Source: a virus. Taken from it: DNA of 64,000 nt. Position 1 is the first letter of the stretch, and each line of letters starts with the position of its first letter. Where the stretch lies: IMG/VR virus record IMGVR_UViG_3300043434_000266, positions 14,991-78,990 of that record. One strand, written 5' to 3'. Positions 11,901 to 22,700 of the stretch are shown one piece after another. The notes under the pieces are model-generated. The model was not told the DNA's origin. It searched no databases and worked only from the letters and a program-made list of their open reading frames with translations. Made by a program: the position numbers and the translations under genes.

Positions 11901-14900
11901 GTAAATTAGTACGTTTCTTAGACCTTTCCGAAGATCCTTCTAAGATTGAAAAGATTATTGGTGCTTTGGTAAACAAACGCATTAATAAGCAACCTGTATA
12001 TGGTGAGCAGTATATTCAAGGATCTAGTGTAGGGTTTGAGAAATTCTCTAAACCTACTCAAATAGATCTTGATAAGTACGGTGAGTGGGGATTACCATTC
12101 TACAGAATGAGTAAAGATGGTAAGTCTGTATCAGCAATGAAAATTAAAATTGCTTTACACGGTAAATTTAAAAACTTACTAAAACTTAATCATACAGATA
12201 ATAAAGTAATCGGTACCATAGAGAGACTTAATGAAATGTTGAAGGATGAGAACTGGTTGAATACCGGAGAACATCGTCAAATGGTTACGCTTATCGGTGC
12301 TCGTATCCCAACGCAGGGTCCAAACTCTATGGAGTTTATGGAGGTATTTGAGTTCTTACCTGAAGAAGCAGGTAACATTATGATTCTACCTTTAGAGATT
12401 GTAGCTAAGTCAGGTGGTGACTTTGATATTGATAAACTTGTAACAATGATTCCCGGTATCACTGATAACGAGGGAGTTATTGAGATTGAGAAACCTAAAT
12501 CATCACGAAAACTTTTAAATACTATAATTGAGGAAAAGTACGAGTTGATTAATGAAATCAAAGAGATCAGAAAAAAGTATCTTAAATCTTATTTAACACC
12601 TGAGCTACAAGAACAAATTGATAGTCTTGAGAAGGAACAGAGTGATGCTTATCAAGAATTCTTATCGCAGTGGACAAATAACTACTATGTAGGAGGTGCT
12701 ACAGAAAAGTACTATAGTAGAATCAGTAATGCTAAACAAGCTATCGACAGCATCTATGAGCAGTTTGATCAAGATCTTAATGACCAATATAATGCTGAAG
12801 TAGAACCGGTTAAAGAAAAACTTCGTCAATTAAACAGAGAAGAAAACTTCTATAAACCAAAAGCTTATCAACAAGATGTATTAAACTCTATGAGAGCTAT
12901 CTTAAGTAGACCTGATAACTACATCAACTTAACAAGACCTAACGGTACTGGTATTTATACAGAAGGTAGTGAAGATGCTCAGTTTAATAATAAGAGTATT
13001 GTTGAGTTCTTAGCTGAGTTTAATCGTGTTTATAATAAGAAGTTTACAAAAACAAATCCATTGGGTAAAAAGAAGATTTCTCCAACCCGTATAATGGAAA
13101 ATGGTTACAATATTTCTAAAGCAGCTGCTCTCTTTACCGGTAAAATGGGTGTTGGTATGCTTGCTACAGGTAACACATTTCACGCATCAGCTGTATTAGC
13201 AGATGTGTATATGAGTCCTTTTAGAGAAGAAGAGAAGCTTGTAAACAAAGTGCCTGTAACTTATAAACTTATACAGCAGTTATTAATACCTCATAACTTT
13301 AAAATAGTAGACGGTGAAAAAGTTATTGATTTTTCTAAACCTAAAGATGCTGATTTAAAAAACTATGTTCGAGATGTAGTTTCAGAGTTAATGAATGGAT
13401 ACTTAGACGTTGCGAAAGATGAGTGGGTTTATGATATTAATGCTGTTAAACAGTTGGAACCAGAATTTGAGTTCATGCTTTTAGCAGGGGTTCCTGTGAA
13501 AACTGCAGCACTAATGTTAGCGCAACCTCTTGTGCGACAGTACCTAAATAAGTTTAAAGAGTACTCTAGTCCTTATGCACTATTCAATCCTGAGGATAAC
13601 TTATCAAATACAAATTTTGCAAAGCGTCAAGCTTTAATTGATGTACTACTTAAAAATGATATGTCTAGTGTGTTCCCTATGGATGACACGGGGGAACCAA
13701 ATACATTTTTAAATACACCTGCATTATTAGAAACACTTCGTGCTCAGTATTTACAAGGGGATCTAAAGAGTAATAGAAACGCTTTAATCTTAGAAAAAGC
13801 AAGATTAGAAGGTTTAGAAGAAGTAACTGTAGGTACTGAATATGAAATATACTTTGATAAATCCGATAGTGTTTCAATACTAACTGTACAGTCTATTACA
13901 CCTAAAAAGAATGAGTATAGTGTTGTATTGAAAAATGAAAAAAGCGGTAAGGAGTATACATATACAGTAAATAAGTTTGGTGAAGGTAAAACAATGCGAT
14001 TTGAAGAACCTGTCACATTCATTGATGTCACTTCAGAAATCAATAGATTATCTAAGCAAATTGCTGATGCTGATATTGAATTAGAAGAAGCTCCTCAAGG
14101 TGAGTTTCCTAATCTAGTAATTGGTGATAAAGTAACAGAAACTTTAAATAGACGTAGGGATGAGTCAGGTAATATTAAAAAAATAGAAGTCCCTGGAGAG
14201 TTTTATAAAGTAGAAGTTCCTGGTCATTCTGATATTAGACTATACTTAAGTAAAAATGACTATGGAACTTGGGTAGTCGAAGAATTCTACTCAGGTTTAC
14301 CTGTTGGTTCAGGATCAACACCTAGTATAGCTTTAGCTGATGCTGAGAAAAAACTTAAAGAGAATCTTTCTAATATCAAGAAAGGTGATAAGGGTTACGA
14401 GATTGCAAAAGAAATAAAAGCTGATGTCAAAAAGTTGACACCCCCTAAAGGAAAAGCAAAATCTGTAAAACCTCAAGAGTCTCCTGAGATACTATTCAAT
14501 AATGAGAAACTGATTGATAACTTAAGAAAACCTGGATCTAGTTTAAGTAAACAACACTTTGCACATTTTGCTGAGATTATCTACATGGCAAGTCAATTGA
14601 CTAACTTAAAGATGGGAATTCGTTTCGACACTTTAAAAAATACTAGTTACTTTGATGCAGATCAGCAAGAAAAAGGATTCGAGGCAACACTAGGTAAAGC
14701 ATTCCCTGCAGATGTAGTTAACAGACTTATTGATAAAACTGTATTAAAAAGTTTTAGAACAGGAGCTTTCTTAAAAGAAGTCATTGGAACATTATTACCT
14801 GTAAGAGCTAATTCAAAAGTTAATAATGCTATTGGATCTATTATTAAGGGTATGTCAGATCTATCAATGGATGATAAGGAAAAACTAGCAAGTCAGTTTA

Positions 14901-16738
14901 ATACAGACTTACTACTTTATATCTTCCAAAACAAGCTATATAGTTTTGATAGTGAGACCGATACATATAGATCTGCTGATATTACTGAGACTGTTGCACC
15001 TATTGCAAAAGAACAAGTTCTTAAAAGAGGAGCATTTCTTAATCCTAACACAGGTGTAATGCATGTTGATAAAGCTCAGATCATTAAAGAGTTTAAATCT
15101 AAAGCATTTACTACACCATCATATGGCGGCGAAAGTAGATTAGCGCCGTTACCAGCATCTATATTTGATAGATATAAAACTGAGAATAGAGTAAAACTCT
15201 ACTATAAGTTTGTACTAGAAAGAGAGTCTTTAAGAGATGCTTATCCATACAATGAGACTATAAACAGTTTTGAGTTCCAAAACTTCTTAGTAATGATAGG
15301 GTTGAATACTGATATACCTATGCGCTATGAAGAATTCATTCGTAACAAAGCTTTAGAAAACTTATATCTTGATGGTCCTTTATTTGGAGCAGAGTACAAG
15401 TTTAATGGTATGACTACTGCTGTAGATAAGTTCTTAAGAATTCTTGAGACTCATCCGGAGTTAGTTACCGCATATCCTGTACTTGATATTATAGGAACTG
15501 TTAAGTCTGGTTCACATAGATTCTTCAAACTTAACGATAGAATTTCTGATGGAACTGTACTTACTGCATATAAAGATCAGATGGCAATCCTTGCGGATCC
15601 GGGTCAGATTAAAGTAAAAAATACTGAGGAAAACTTATACATCAGTCAATTCTTTGCAAAATTAAATACCATAGGATATCTGCAAGCAGGTAACAATAAG
15701 AACTCTGAATTGTATATGATGTCTATATTGGATATGAAACCAATCAGTAGCTATGTTCAGAACACTATAAATGATGTTATGAATAGTCCTAAGTTGGATG
15801 GTGTGTTGGAAGATTTTGAAAGTAAGTTTACCACATCATTTGCAAGACGTAAGTCATTTGCATTTACAAACTATGCGTTTAATGCACCTTATACAGCAAC
15901 TGATAAAGCAACAGTAGAAGATCAACCATTACTGAAGTATATAAGAAACGGAAAGGTTAAAACTGGAAGTATATTCATTAATGAAGAAACAGGAGAGATT
16001 GAAGATGTCTATAAGTATAACGAGTCTATGTTTGAAACTACTAGTAAAGTAGTAGCTAAAGATGATACTGAGTTAACAAAGAGAAACTATAAGATCACTG
16101 AAACTGATGTACAGGCATTATTTCAGATTAATCCTGAAGCAACGTATGTATTTGAAGATTCTTATCCTAAAGTAACTTTAAAGGAAGATGGTTCTTTAAA
16201 CATTGGTCAAAGACCAACTAATCCTACTAGAATTGAGCAAGAAGCATTTCGCGCAGGTTTAGCAACAGGAAACAGTTTTGCAATTCCTATTACAAAGCAA
16301 GATGGTTCTATACCAGCAGTTGAAAAAAATGCGGTACCCAAGGAGCTGATTGACATGTACATTCAAGAACTAGTGAATTTAAGAGATAGTGGAAAAACTA
16401 TCATATTCCCTTCAGAAGGTATAGGTAATAAACTATTAGGATTCTTTAAAAACAGCTTAGGTAACTTAGAAATGAGAAAAGAAGGAGCGAAGAATATAGA
16501 TCTGTACTTATATTTGTCTAAGAAACTTCTAGAGAACTTCGGATATAGAAATCCTAAAATGGAAATGATCACTAAGAACTTTACACCTGAGTTACTTGAG
16601 GGTGCTCAAACAGGACTAGAGTTCATACAGCAGTTCTATATAAACAAGTCAGAGAGTTTAGGGTTAAGTGAACCACTTCAAACTCTAACAGACAAAGAGG
16701 TTAATGATTATATTAATAAATGTAAAGGTATTTCGTAA
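5945..16738 (+). CDS. Virion-packaged single-subunit double-psi beta-barrel DNA-dependent RNA polymerase (crAss-like, phi14:2 gp66 type) with an N-terminal zincin domain
   Basis: RIPTQG..SM..F..LP...GN....P...VAKSGGDFDIDKL, with catalytic DFDID at 12419-12433. HESWH..EEHLAE zincin motif from 8078. 3597 aa. Confidence 0.9.
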   Translation: MSIICDPSGEWSISREDIFKINRKVAGMLAEKIEKNSKIDLGKFINAIFDEVVTATGDQQRALAVARHIPFAIELSKQVFPDKIRVPLHKNKLLDSAALEDVSVSFTESLDNVATFLNNYRDSLKPKVRDTAGITNSSAAVQPKTKIDVLDYVFVPDDVLTTTGQEVNDERDLRWYYNFLKYLGEQNIYPNADGTINYFGKTLQVSIMTGLSIPVDKLYPYERVKPNIEKMKTNQIFIGFTDTNGDFVYFDDNYNLTDDTGAFIYFPLRTVPKVISEQNGKRIFDIDESVRENRIQPIASIVANRRLAGENTNEELVRDQINQNYNDIKDITDYLLSKGNYKKKLKLNLNRISRGFIFRVSGTEGRKRIDSITNLSDFNPVILDSNEAKGMVKAAFYVTGVDEPIPFSMADFPKELAEKTADLLLNDVYYDGNLITSTDKSRLISQYLGFNLNDKTGPEGTVGFMYSPTTGEILINSKPLSTDKAQAKNEIVDYLTRDISIPTADKEIAFKNKLFFNQRFVNDNFTDFSLSPVSEGFALTTNQDVTYVDWVKDNAYVYAKTTNGEIREENGYIAFEVPIDTLYIARQKMTDAQIKEFKAKQESKTVKPNSVLENNASPSSPTNLADLLMRRDMTGFDVSATPEQIEKAKEDYDAKVITFRDKNGKVVQKKLTDLIPYEVMFNIANSNGNVRATWTRAGITLFQGSDYTDLYHESWHGFTQWFLTGDQKLKLYNEVKNSGETIRYYNNGWKTMNSSKLDFNNPDHILYAEEHLAEKFREYSLGKYTPASAVEKSMFKKIWEAIKALFGFGSPEEVLAPSGLVAKAFQDLKAGNLVDYTFDQANVRFNRLNSGITALKSSTSPIKNLDITSSLMVTEGITDVISASVDELNKEYGTNKFTIGIFENDTVKKEVLRRAKSKLIDKLNELEAKVDLATGFEKDRLDKSVQTLSWAIDNFDIDDVKSGTLKYYNDRTGFFTLSTGAKVIDTETAIDGQTEENTDAPASREGVTTDEGTEFSAVDRMSDSMRYILESLFERVEPTKDNPEGYVYNDLGFRKAVPFKTAFAVIASATANKLTPEEMYKSLQTASDTKTRNKTQNYKFLFIKQLLAKLGDPRNPNAQSLTGQNLISEFFFTFRLDKQTGIQVTAEREGVSLTIKVGTSDSAEKAFGRTLENRFQTGKVKSKYITKNKNNEYEINLKGILEDYPSSTAANASPVSFLRALGIDITDTDAVINFLKKQNAITNIYQTVLDRSKLIDKPTTSLVPERASGLFNDKSSVWNTLLEAESKYSGFNAGYMFKNVNGDPQSEMNNPSTAGNQIHLINAAKTYAELISDPRTAHYSTERNSWVKTSVMFQKLFGKKLTIKNTEDGRPVSINVQSLLGTQALNVEDDIRSLISGMKSAASDVQTAYLRDYFMTLLNGASEAFKHADKSSTYVASLDAGGVYYYVNPKTFTSNIGRNKANEIFIGYIASELERIKKVSSKKLIGEQADDIILGGKPGSYETLKTRGSEFVVFHDIIKDELKEELIKLDVNTVEDFLDLVGKDASLKDKLVNALNNYFDQLALEDYTMLKSFGVTKAENFFKTIKNRFPELAVLSDQDVLKATSEAFTYNAFIHKMEMSTLIYGDPALYTHDKDEHMKRVSGFFATGRIGRTDSSMNAFIAANAGSYHTSQWFKQSGFAAPTNTLSYQSTILPIAVGEDPVDRSVYLDEMIKIAKEQGIPESDYAAYEEMKSADGEAWISFDAYRALEIRFRNWNPQKELLYNKIINNEKTDSAEVLKTFYPVKKLQYSGPLDITNFSALAFHKYSLIPLIPSVIKDSRLEVLHNKMVSEGIAYTVLQSGSKIVSIGKNGTLDSFYDKNYNPKFADPNFKFTKNNIFVDYLKEQLVTKDKFKEEIDFPSQIRKLIVLGMDPESPLIKTYLSNIDKMTKVAETELKMELGYKDVKSRKKGEPALDLKKLLEYVKSSLTAQDLAEQSIDFIEIGDDGKLVRFLDLSEDPSKIEKIIGALVNKRINKQPVYGEQYIQGSSVGFEKFSKPTQIDLDKYGEWGLPFYRMSKDGKSVSAMKIKIALHGKFKNLLKLNHTDNKVIGTIERLNEMLKDENWLNTGEHRQMVTLIGARIPTQGPNSMEFMEVFEFLPEEAGNIMILPLEIVAKSGGDFDIDKLVTMIPGITDNEGVIEIEKPKSSRKLLNTIIEEKYELINEIKEIRKKYLKSYLTPELQEQIDSLEKEQSDAYQEFLSQWTNNYYVGGATEKYYSRISNAKQAIDSIYEQFDQDLNDQYNAEVEPVKEKLRQLNREENFYKPKAYQQDVLNSMRAILSRPDNYINLTRPNGTGIYTEGSEDAQFNNKSIVEFLAEFNRVYNKKFTKTNPLGKKKISPTRIMENGYNISKAAALFTGKMGVGMLATGNTFHASAVLADVYMSPFREEEKLVNKVPVTYKLIQQLLIPHNFKIVDGEKVIDFSKPKDADLKNYVRDVVSELMNGYLDVAKDEWVYDINAVKQLEPEFEFMLLAGVPVKTAALMLAQPLVRQYLNKFKEYSSPYALFNPEDNLSNTNFAKRQALIDVLLKNDMSSVFPMDDTGEPNTFLNTPALLETLRAQYLQGDLKSNRNALILEKARLEGLEEVTVGTEYEIYFDKSDSVSILTVQSITPKKNEYSVVLKNEKSGKEYTYTVNKFGEGKTMRFEEPVTFIDVTSEINRLSKQIADADIELEEAPQGEFPNLVIGDKVTETLNRRRDESGNIKKIEVPGEFYKVEVPGHSDIRLYLSKNDYGTWVVEEFYSGLPVGSGSTPSIALADAEKKLKENLSNIKKGDKGYEIAKEIKADVKKLTPPKGKAKSVKPQESPEILFNNEKLIDNLRKPGSSLSKQHFAHFAEIIYMASQLTNLKMGIRFDTLKNTSYFDADQQEKGFEATLGKAFPADVVNRLIDKTVLKSFRTGAFLKEVIGTLLPVRANSKVNNAIGSIIKGMSDLSMDDKEKLASQFNTDLLLYIFQNKLYSFDSETDTYRSADITETVAPIAKEQVLKRGAFLNPNTGVMHVDKAQIIKEFKSKAFTTPSYGGESRLAPLPASIFDRYKTENRVKLYYKFVLERESLRDAYPYNETINSFEFQNFLVMIGLNTDIPMRYEEFIRNKALENLYLDGPLFGAEYKFNGMTTAVDKFLRILETHPELVTAYPVLDIIGTVKSGSHRFFKLNDRISDGTVLTAYKDQMAILADPGQIKVKNTEENLYISQFFAKLNTIGYLQAGNNKNSELYMMSILDMKPISSYVQNTINDVMNSPKLDGVLEDFESKFTTSFARRKSFAFTNYAFNAPYTATDKATVEDQPLLKYIRNGKVKTGSIFINEETGEIEDVYKYNESMFETTSKVVAKDDTELTKRNYKITETDVQALFQINPEATYVFEDSYPKVTLKEDGSLNIGQRPTNPTRIEQEAFRAGLATGNSFAIPITKQDGSIPAVEKNAVPKELIDMYIQELVNLRDSGKTIIFPSEGIGNKLLGFFKNSLGNLEMRKEGAKNIDLYLYLSKKLLENFGYRNPKMEMITKNFTPELLEGAQTGLEFIQQFYINKSESLGLSEPLQTLTDKEVNDYINKCKGIS

Positions 16739-19700
16739 TGATAAATGCATGTCCCGGGGGACCAGAATGGAACAAACTTGTTAAAGCTGTAGGTGAATTT
16801 GAAGCTTATAAGGATTACATAGAGAACGGTGAAACAATCCGTTCTGTTGATGAAGTTTTAAAAAGCAAACCTTTTCTTGAAAAGGTAAAACGTAATGAAG
16901 CTGATACAAAAGCTATAGAAGAAAATCTTCTATCAGGGTTCCTTAAAGATTTTGGAATAACGGTAACAGAATACGAATCATTAAAAGATGATCTTGGATT
17001 AAATGGATATACCGCAACAGACCTTATTACTAAAACTGTTGTTCATCAACCAGGGGAGTCGATATTACCTGAAGCAGCATATATTGCTTATTCTATTTTA
17101 GGTAAACAGAATAATAAAATCAGATCCGAGCTAAGATATTTGATCAGAAAGTGGGACAAGTACGAAGAGAGATTTAACTTCCATAAAGAGTTATTGAAGA
17201 AAAATAAAGTGTCCATTAAGGATTCAAAAGAATGGAAAAACAATATCCGAGATAAGGTTATTATTGACTTCTTAAAAGATAATTTGTATCAATACTACAG
17301 TAATCCTACTGAATTTAAAAAGAATTTGGATACTAAGTGGACTCAAGAAGACTTTACTTTATGGGAGAAGATCATTAGAGCTATTGAAAACTTTTTAAGT
17401 AGAACCTTTGGATATAAGGAAGAAGAGTATATAACTCAGTTAAAAGACACAGGTTCTGCAATAGCAAGTGAACTACTTACACAAAACTATGAATACTTCA
17501 AGTATAATCTTTCAGAAGATCAGATTAGAAAGTACTATAGTAGTACAATAGAATCAGATCCTAAAGCAAAAGATATTGTTACAGTATTACAAAAGATCGG
17601 TTTAGTTTTAACAGGATCATTAGCATTAAGAAGAGCTGGTGAAGTATACAGAACAGCAGAAGAGAGTGTGCATGATATAGATTGGATTGTACCATACCTC
17701 ATGAACATGTCCGGATATAATGCTAAGCTAACTGAAGCAATGTTGAGAGGTGATGAACCTACTCTATTCAGAGAAGATGTTGAAAAACTAAAATTGGATA
17801 AGCGTTCTAAAAACGCTTTGAATCAAATTGCTCAGATGGATTGGTTTCTTAAAGTACAAGAAGCATATCCTAATATAAGATTTACAAACGGATTTTATGG
17901 AAAAGAGCATGCTAATCTAGAAAGTTTTACAGCGCAAGCTGCAATAGACGGTGAATTTTATGATAGCGATGGTTATCATGAAGAAGAATTTGCTACTTAT
18001 AGAAAGGATCCTTATACAGGTGCACCAGTAAAAGAAAAGATTAAGAGAACTATAAAGCACCAAAAGGGGGATTACGTTAAGGGTACCGGTTATCAAATAG
18101 ATTTCTTTGTAAGACTAGAAGAGCATCAGGAAGAACATGATGGTTATTTCTTATTATGGAAAGAAATCATGTTAGCTAAACTAAGAATGGGTAGAGATAA
18201 AGATTTCATTGATTGGAAAGCATTTCAACCATACTTAGCATCTAAGGATAAGTTTAATTTCTTCTATGAAGGATTCCGTCATATAAATTTTGAGAGTTCG
18301 CAAGACTTCTTTTTAGAAGACATGACTCTTAGCAAGAAAATAAAGTATGAGGATATTGATACTATTGTTAACTATATCGTTGATACAATTCCTGGAGTTA
18401 AAACTTATGCTGAAAAGGTAGGATTCACACCTGTTCAAACAAACATGCGTAAAGCTAACTCTGTTGTAGAAGCAATGGTTCAGCAATTGTCATCTAGATT
18501 AAACATCCCTTATCAATTTGTTACAGCTGCTGAAGCACGTGAAATTCTAGAAGGTGCTGGTAAACCATTCACAAACCAAGCGGGTTTTTATGTCGGAGGT
18601 ACAGTATATCTAGTGTCTAGTGATTTGAATCTAGAGACAGCAATACACGAATTTAGTCACCCTTTTATAAGAGCGATTCAACAAGAGAATCCTCAACTAT
18701 TTGAAAAATTAGTTAGTGATCTATCTTTAACAGAAGAGGGTCAAAAGATCATTAACATAACAAAACAGTTATACGGAGAAGACGATCCTTTATATAAGGA
18801 GGAGTTACTAGTTCGAGCATTAACTCGAGCAGCTAGAATGAAACTTACTGGAGCACTTAAGCAGTATAAAAACAAAAGCTTTAAAAGTGTAATCGATAGA
18901 GTATTGTATGCTATAAAAAAGGCATTCAGAAAATACTTTGGTAAGTCTGTTGATGTTTCTGATTTAGATGTAGACACAAGTATTGAAGATCTATCTGAAA
19001 TGTTGTTGTCTGCAGATCAAATTACCTTTGATGTTGAAGCGGTTAGTCAAGAAGAACTTGTAGCAGAAGAACGCCGTGTCAAAGAAGAAATAGATCAGTT
19101 TCTTAATATTGGTAATACCGATAGCGGTGCTATTGCTATTAAGACAATGATTAGTGATTTTACTCGTATATCAAGAGATCACATCGACAAGTTAGTAAAG
19201 AACCGTAATCTTAAAGATATAGCGGAGATCCTTAAATCAGGTTATGATGAATCTGACTATAAGAGTATTATTCGAAATTTAAGTAACTATCAAGAAGATC
19301 TACTAGAAAAAATAGAGGACGCTTCAGAAAGACTAGAATACGAATCTCAAAGAGCAACTGCATTAGTTAACTCTATATACAGAATTAAATATATGAGTGC
19401 CAAGATGGTACTGCATATGAAAGACTTACTTGCTGAGGACATCTCTCCTGATACTGTAAGAAAGTTTTACTATTATAGTAAACTTGTAGATGATTGGTCT
19501 AAGATTATTGCAAAGACGCGTCGAATGATGACGAATGAAGATGTGATAACAGGACCAATGGCAACTGTTGTTTCAGAGATTGAAAGTTTATTGAAGACAG
19601 CAAAAGACTTAGATGTTGATATGAGCATGCGAGGTTCTGTTGATTTGTTAACAGAGACTATCAAACCTTTATCAGATAAAGTTAAGACTTACTATGAGGA

Positions 19701-22700
19701 TATTATTAAAGCGCTTAAAAAGAAAGGTGCTCCTGATAGAATCATAGAACGTTATGAGAGAGAGTATAAAGAAGCAAGCTTGGAAGAGAAAGATATTAGA
19801 GAATGGTTATCTGGGCAACGTGGTGATACACATGCTATTAGTGCATGGTTAGAGTCATTCATGAACATTCAAGATCCTGTTGTATTTGGTCTTGCTAAAT
19901 ACTTGAATGATAATATCAGTGATGTATTGACTAAAGCACAACAGCGTCAGAACAGCAGAACAATGATATTGGAACCAATGCTTAAAGCAGCAGGGTTGGA
20001 TCTAAAAGATTACCAAGCGCTAAACAAGTTGGTTACCTACAAAGAGTTTGAACCTATTTATAATTCTGAAGGAAAGTATGAGGAGAGAGAACGTATGGCA
20101 TACATACACCATGTAAAAGGATATCAAAAAGAGGTTGGTAAGCTAAACGATCAAATTCGTGAAGCAGAAAAGAAATCACAAGAAACTGGTGACACTACAG
20201 AACTTGACGCACTTAGAGCACAATTAAAACAATTGTTACATGATCATTTCTATAATGACTATGACTCTAGGGTCTTTGCATCTGAATCGTTATTTACTCA
20301 AGATGAAATAGGTCAGAAAGCATATACTAAAAGAAGCGCTATCTTAAACAAGATCAATAACCTAGATGCAGGAATTCATCAAAAGACAGAGTTATATGAT
20401 TCTGACTTTCAAGAATTGCGAGACATGCTTTGGAAAGAGTACCAACATTTATATTCATTCTCATACGAGGATGGTAGTATGAAAGTACCTGGTACAGAGG
20501 ATTATGAAATTACAAAACGTTTAAGAGATCATAGAGAAAGAACACGTGAATTTTATGAGTGGGTTCCTATTAAGGGTATGTTCCAAGGATCATTGAGATC
20601 ATATGAGCAACAATTAAGAGCACAAAATCTTACTGATAAACAATTTGAAGAAAAGCGTAAACAATGGATTGATGAGAATACTAAAGTAAAAATCAAACCT
20701 AAGTTTTGGGAGGATGTGCAAGATATCATTGGAAGACTTAAGAAATTAAAAGAATCACTTCCTGTAAATATCGGAGCACAAATGAAGTTGGATGAGTACT
20801 TCAAAGAACTTAATGACCAGATGAGTGCGTATAGAGACGAAGACGGTCAACCTGAAGCTAACTCAATGAGTGAAGAAAAACTTAGACGTATTGCTGAACT
20901 TGATGAACTTATTTCTGAAGAAAGAGATAATCTAAGTAAGTATACAGGGTTGTCAGAAGAGGAGGAACTTTTTGTAGCAGACTTTCAAAATAAAGCACAA
21001 GCATACATTGCAAGCAAGTTTGATCCTCTTAACATGAGTATGGATCAGTACACTGAACTATTTGAAGAGTTTAAAAATCTTAATCCAGCAGATGCCGCAG
21101 ACTATGAGTCTTTGATGGATAAAAGAGTTAGTGCTGAAGATGACCCGATGCTAAAAGAAGAACTAACTTACTTATTGGCAGAGTTAAATGCAATAAGAAG
21201 TAAAGTACCAACCGATCAATATATTGATAAACTCAATTCATTTGTTAAAACATCTGATGATGGTAATGGTATAAACAAGAGTACAATAAAAGAACGTTTT
21301 GGAGTAGAAGCTTTTGATAAAAGTATTATATCAAACATGCTAGAAGATACAGGATTCCTACAGAAATTATTTATAGAGAGTCCTGAATTCAAAGTTTGGT
21401 TTAATCAAAATCACCAACAACGTATTTTTGAATACACGTATGGTCCTAACGCAGGTGATGAAAAAGTAAGCTATTCACCATCAAGTGCTTGGAGAGTTAC
21501 TCGTCCAAACCAAGAAGAGTACTATGAAACCACAGAACTTTATGATGAGGCTGGTAATGTTATTGGTAGTATACAAGGTGTACCTGTAAGTAAATATTGG
21601 AGACGTCAACTTAAATCTGAGTACAGAACCCAAAGAGTTACGTATAAGGAAGCGTTAGAAATGGGTGACCTTACTAAAGCAACAGTTGATGAACAAGGTC
21701 GTTGGTTACCAAAACCCGACAGTAAATATAGGAACGAAGACTACTATAGATTACAGCGTACAAATAAACCGGCATTTGATTTACTTACTCAGATTCATAA
21801 ATTCCATCAAGAAAACCAAGACGGATTAAATGTAAATTCCAGATTGGGTATGTTTATGGCAAGGTACCGTAAAGATAACTATGAGTCTTTAGTATCAGGA
21901 GAAGCAAAGGATAAAGTAACATCAATGATTAAAAACTTCAAGTCATCTTTCAGAAAAGCTGCTGATGATTTTGAAGAAGGTTATAATGCAGAAAACCAGG
22001 TAACCTATGTCAACCTAGATATGTTTGATACTCAAACTTCGGGTATCCCTATTACAGGTAGAGCAGACTTAGATCTAGAAGAAACATCTGAGGATGTTAT
22101 CTCTAGCTTAATGCGTTACATGCTTTCTGCAGAAAGACAAAAGAAACTTATTGAGATTAACCCTAACGTTAGAGCAATACAGAGTATTGTAAATAACGAA
22201 GAGAAAGGGGGTATCAAGGATATGACTAAAGCTAACAAGCAAGATTACCTGACTCAAGGTATCACAAACTTTGCTACTAAGAAAGGTAAATCAGTTCGTG
22301 CTCAAGTCATTAATGCAATGATCGAAAGAGAGCTTGAAGGTAAACAGTTAGTAGGTGTAACCGAGAATCTTGCATGGGCAAACAAACTTGCAGGTAACTT
22401 AATGAAGATGTCATCATTTGCATTCTTTGCATTTGACGCAGCTTCCGCACTTAAGAACGCATTCAACGCGCAGTTCCAGTCTATGATTGCAGCTGCTGGT
22501 GGTGACGGTTTAGATATGGCGAGTATTACAAAGGGTGCTTATTGGGCACAGTTTGCATCAAGTCAGGTATCATTTGAGATTTATAAGTTCGGACCTAAGT
22601 CTTTGAATGTTCAATTAGTAGAGATGTTTGATCCGGAAGCTACACGTTTTGATAAAGACGCTGGTAGAAAGTTTGCGGAAAGTTCTACAAGAACATTGTC

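Noticed and set aside
3092-20804. Short - strand ORFs inside the three giant genes
   Set aside because: Antisense shadows with Ser/Leu/Ile-rich composition and no motifs.
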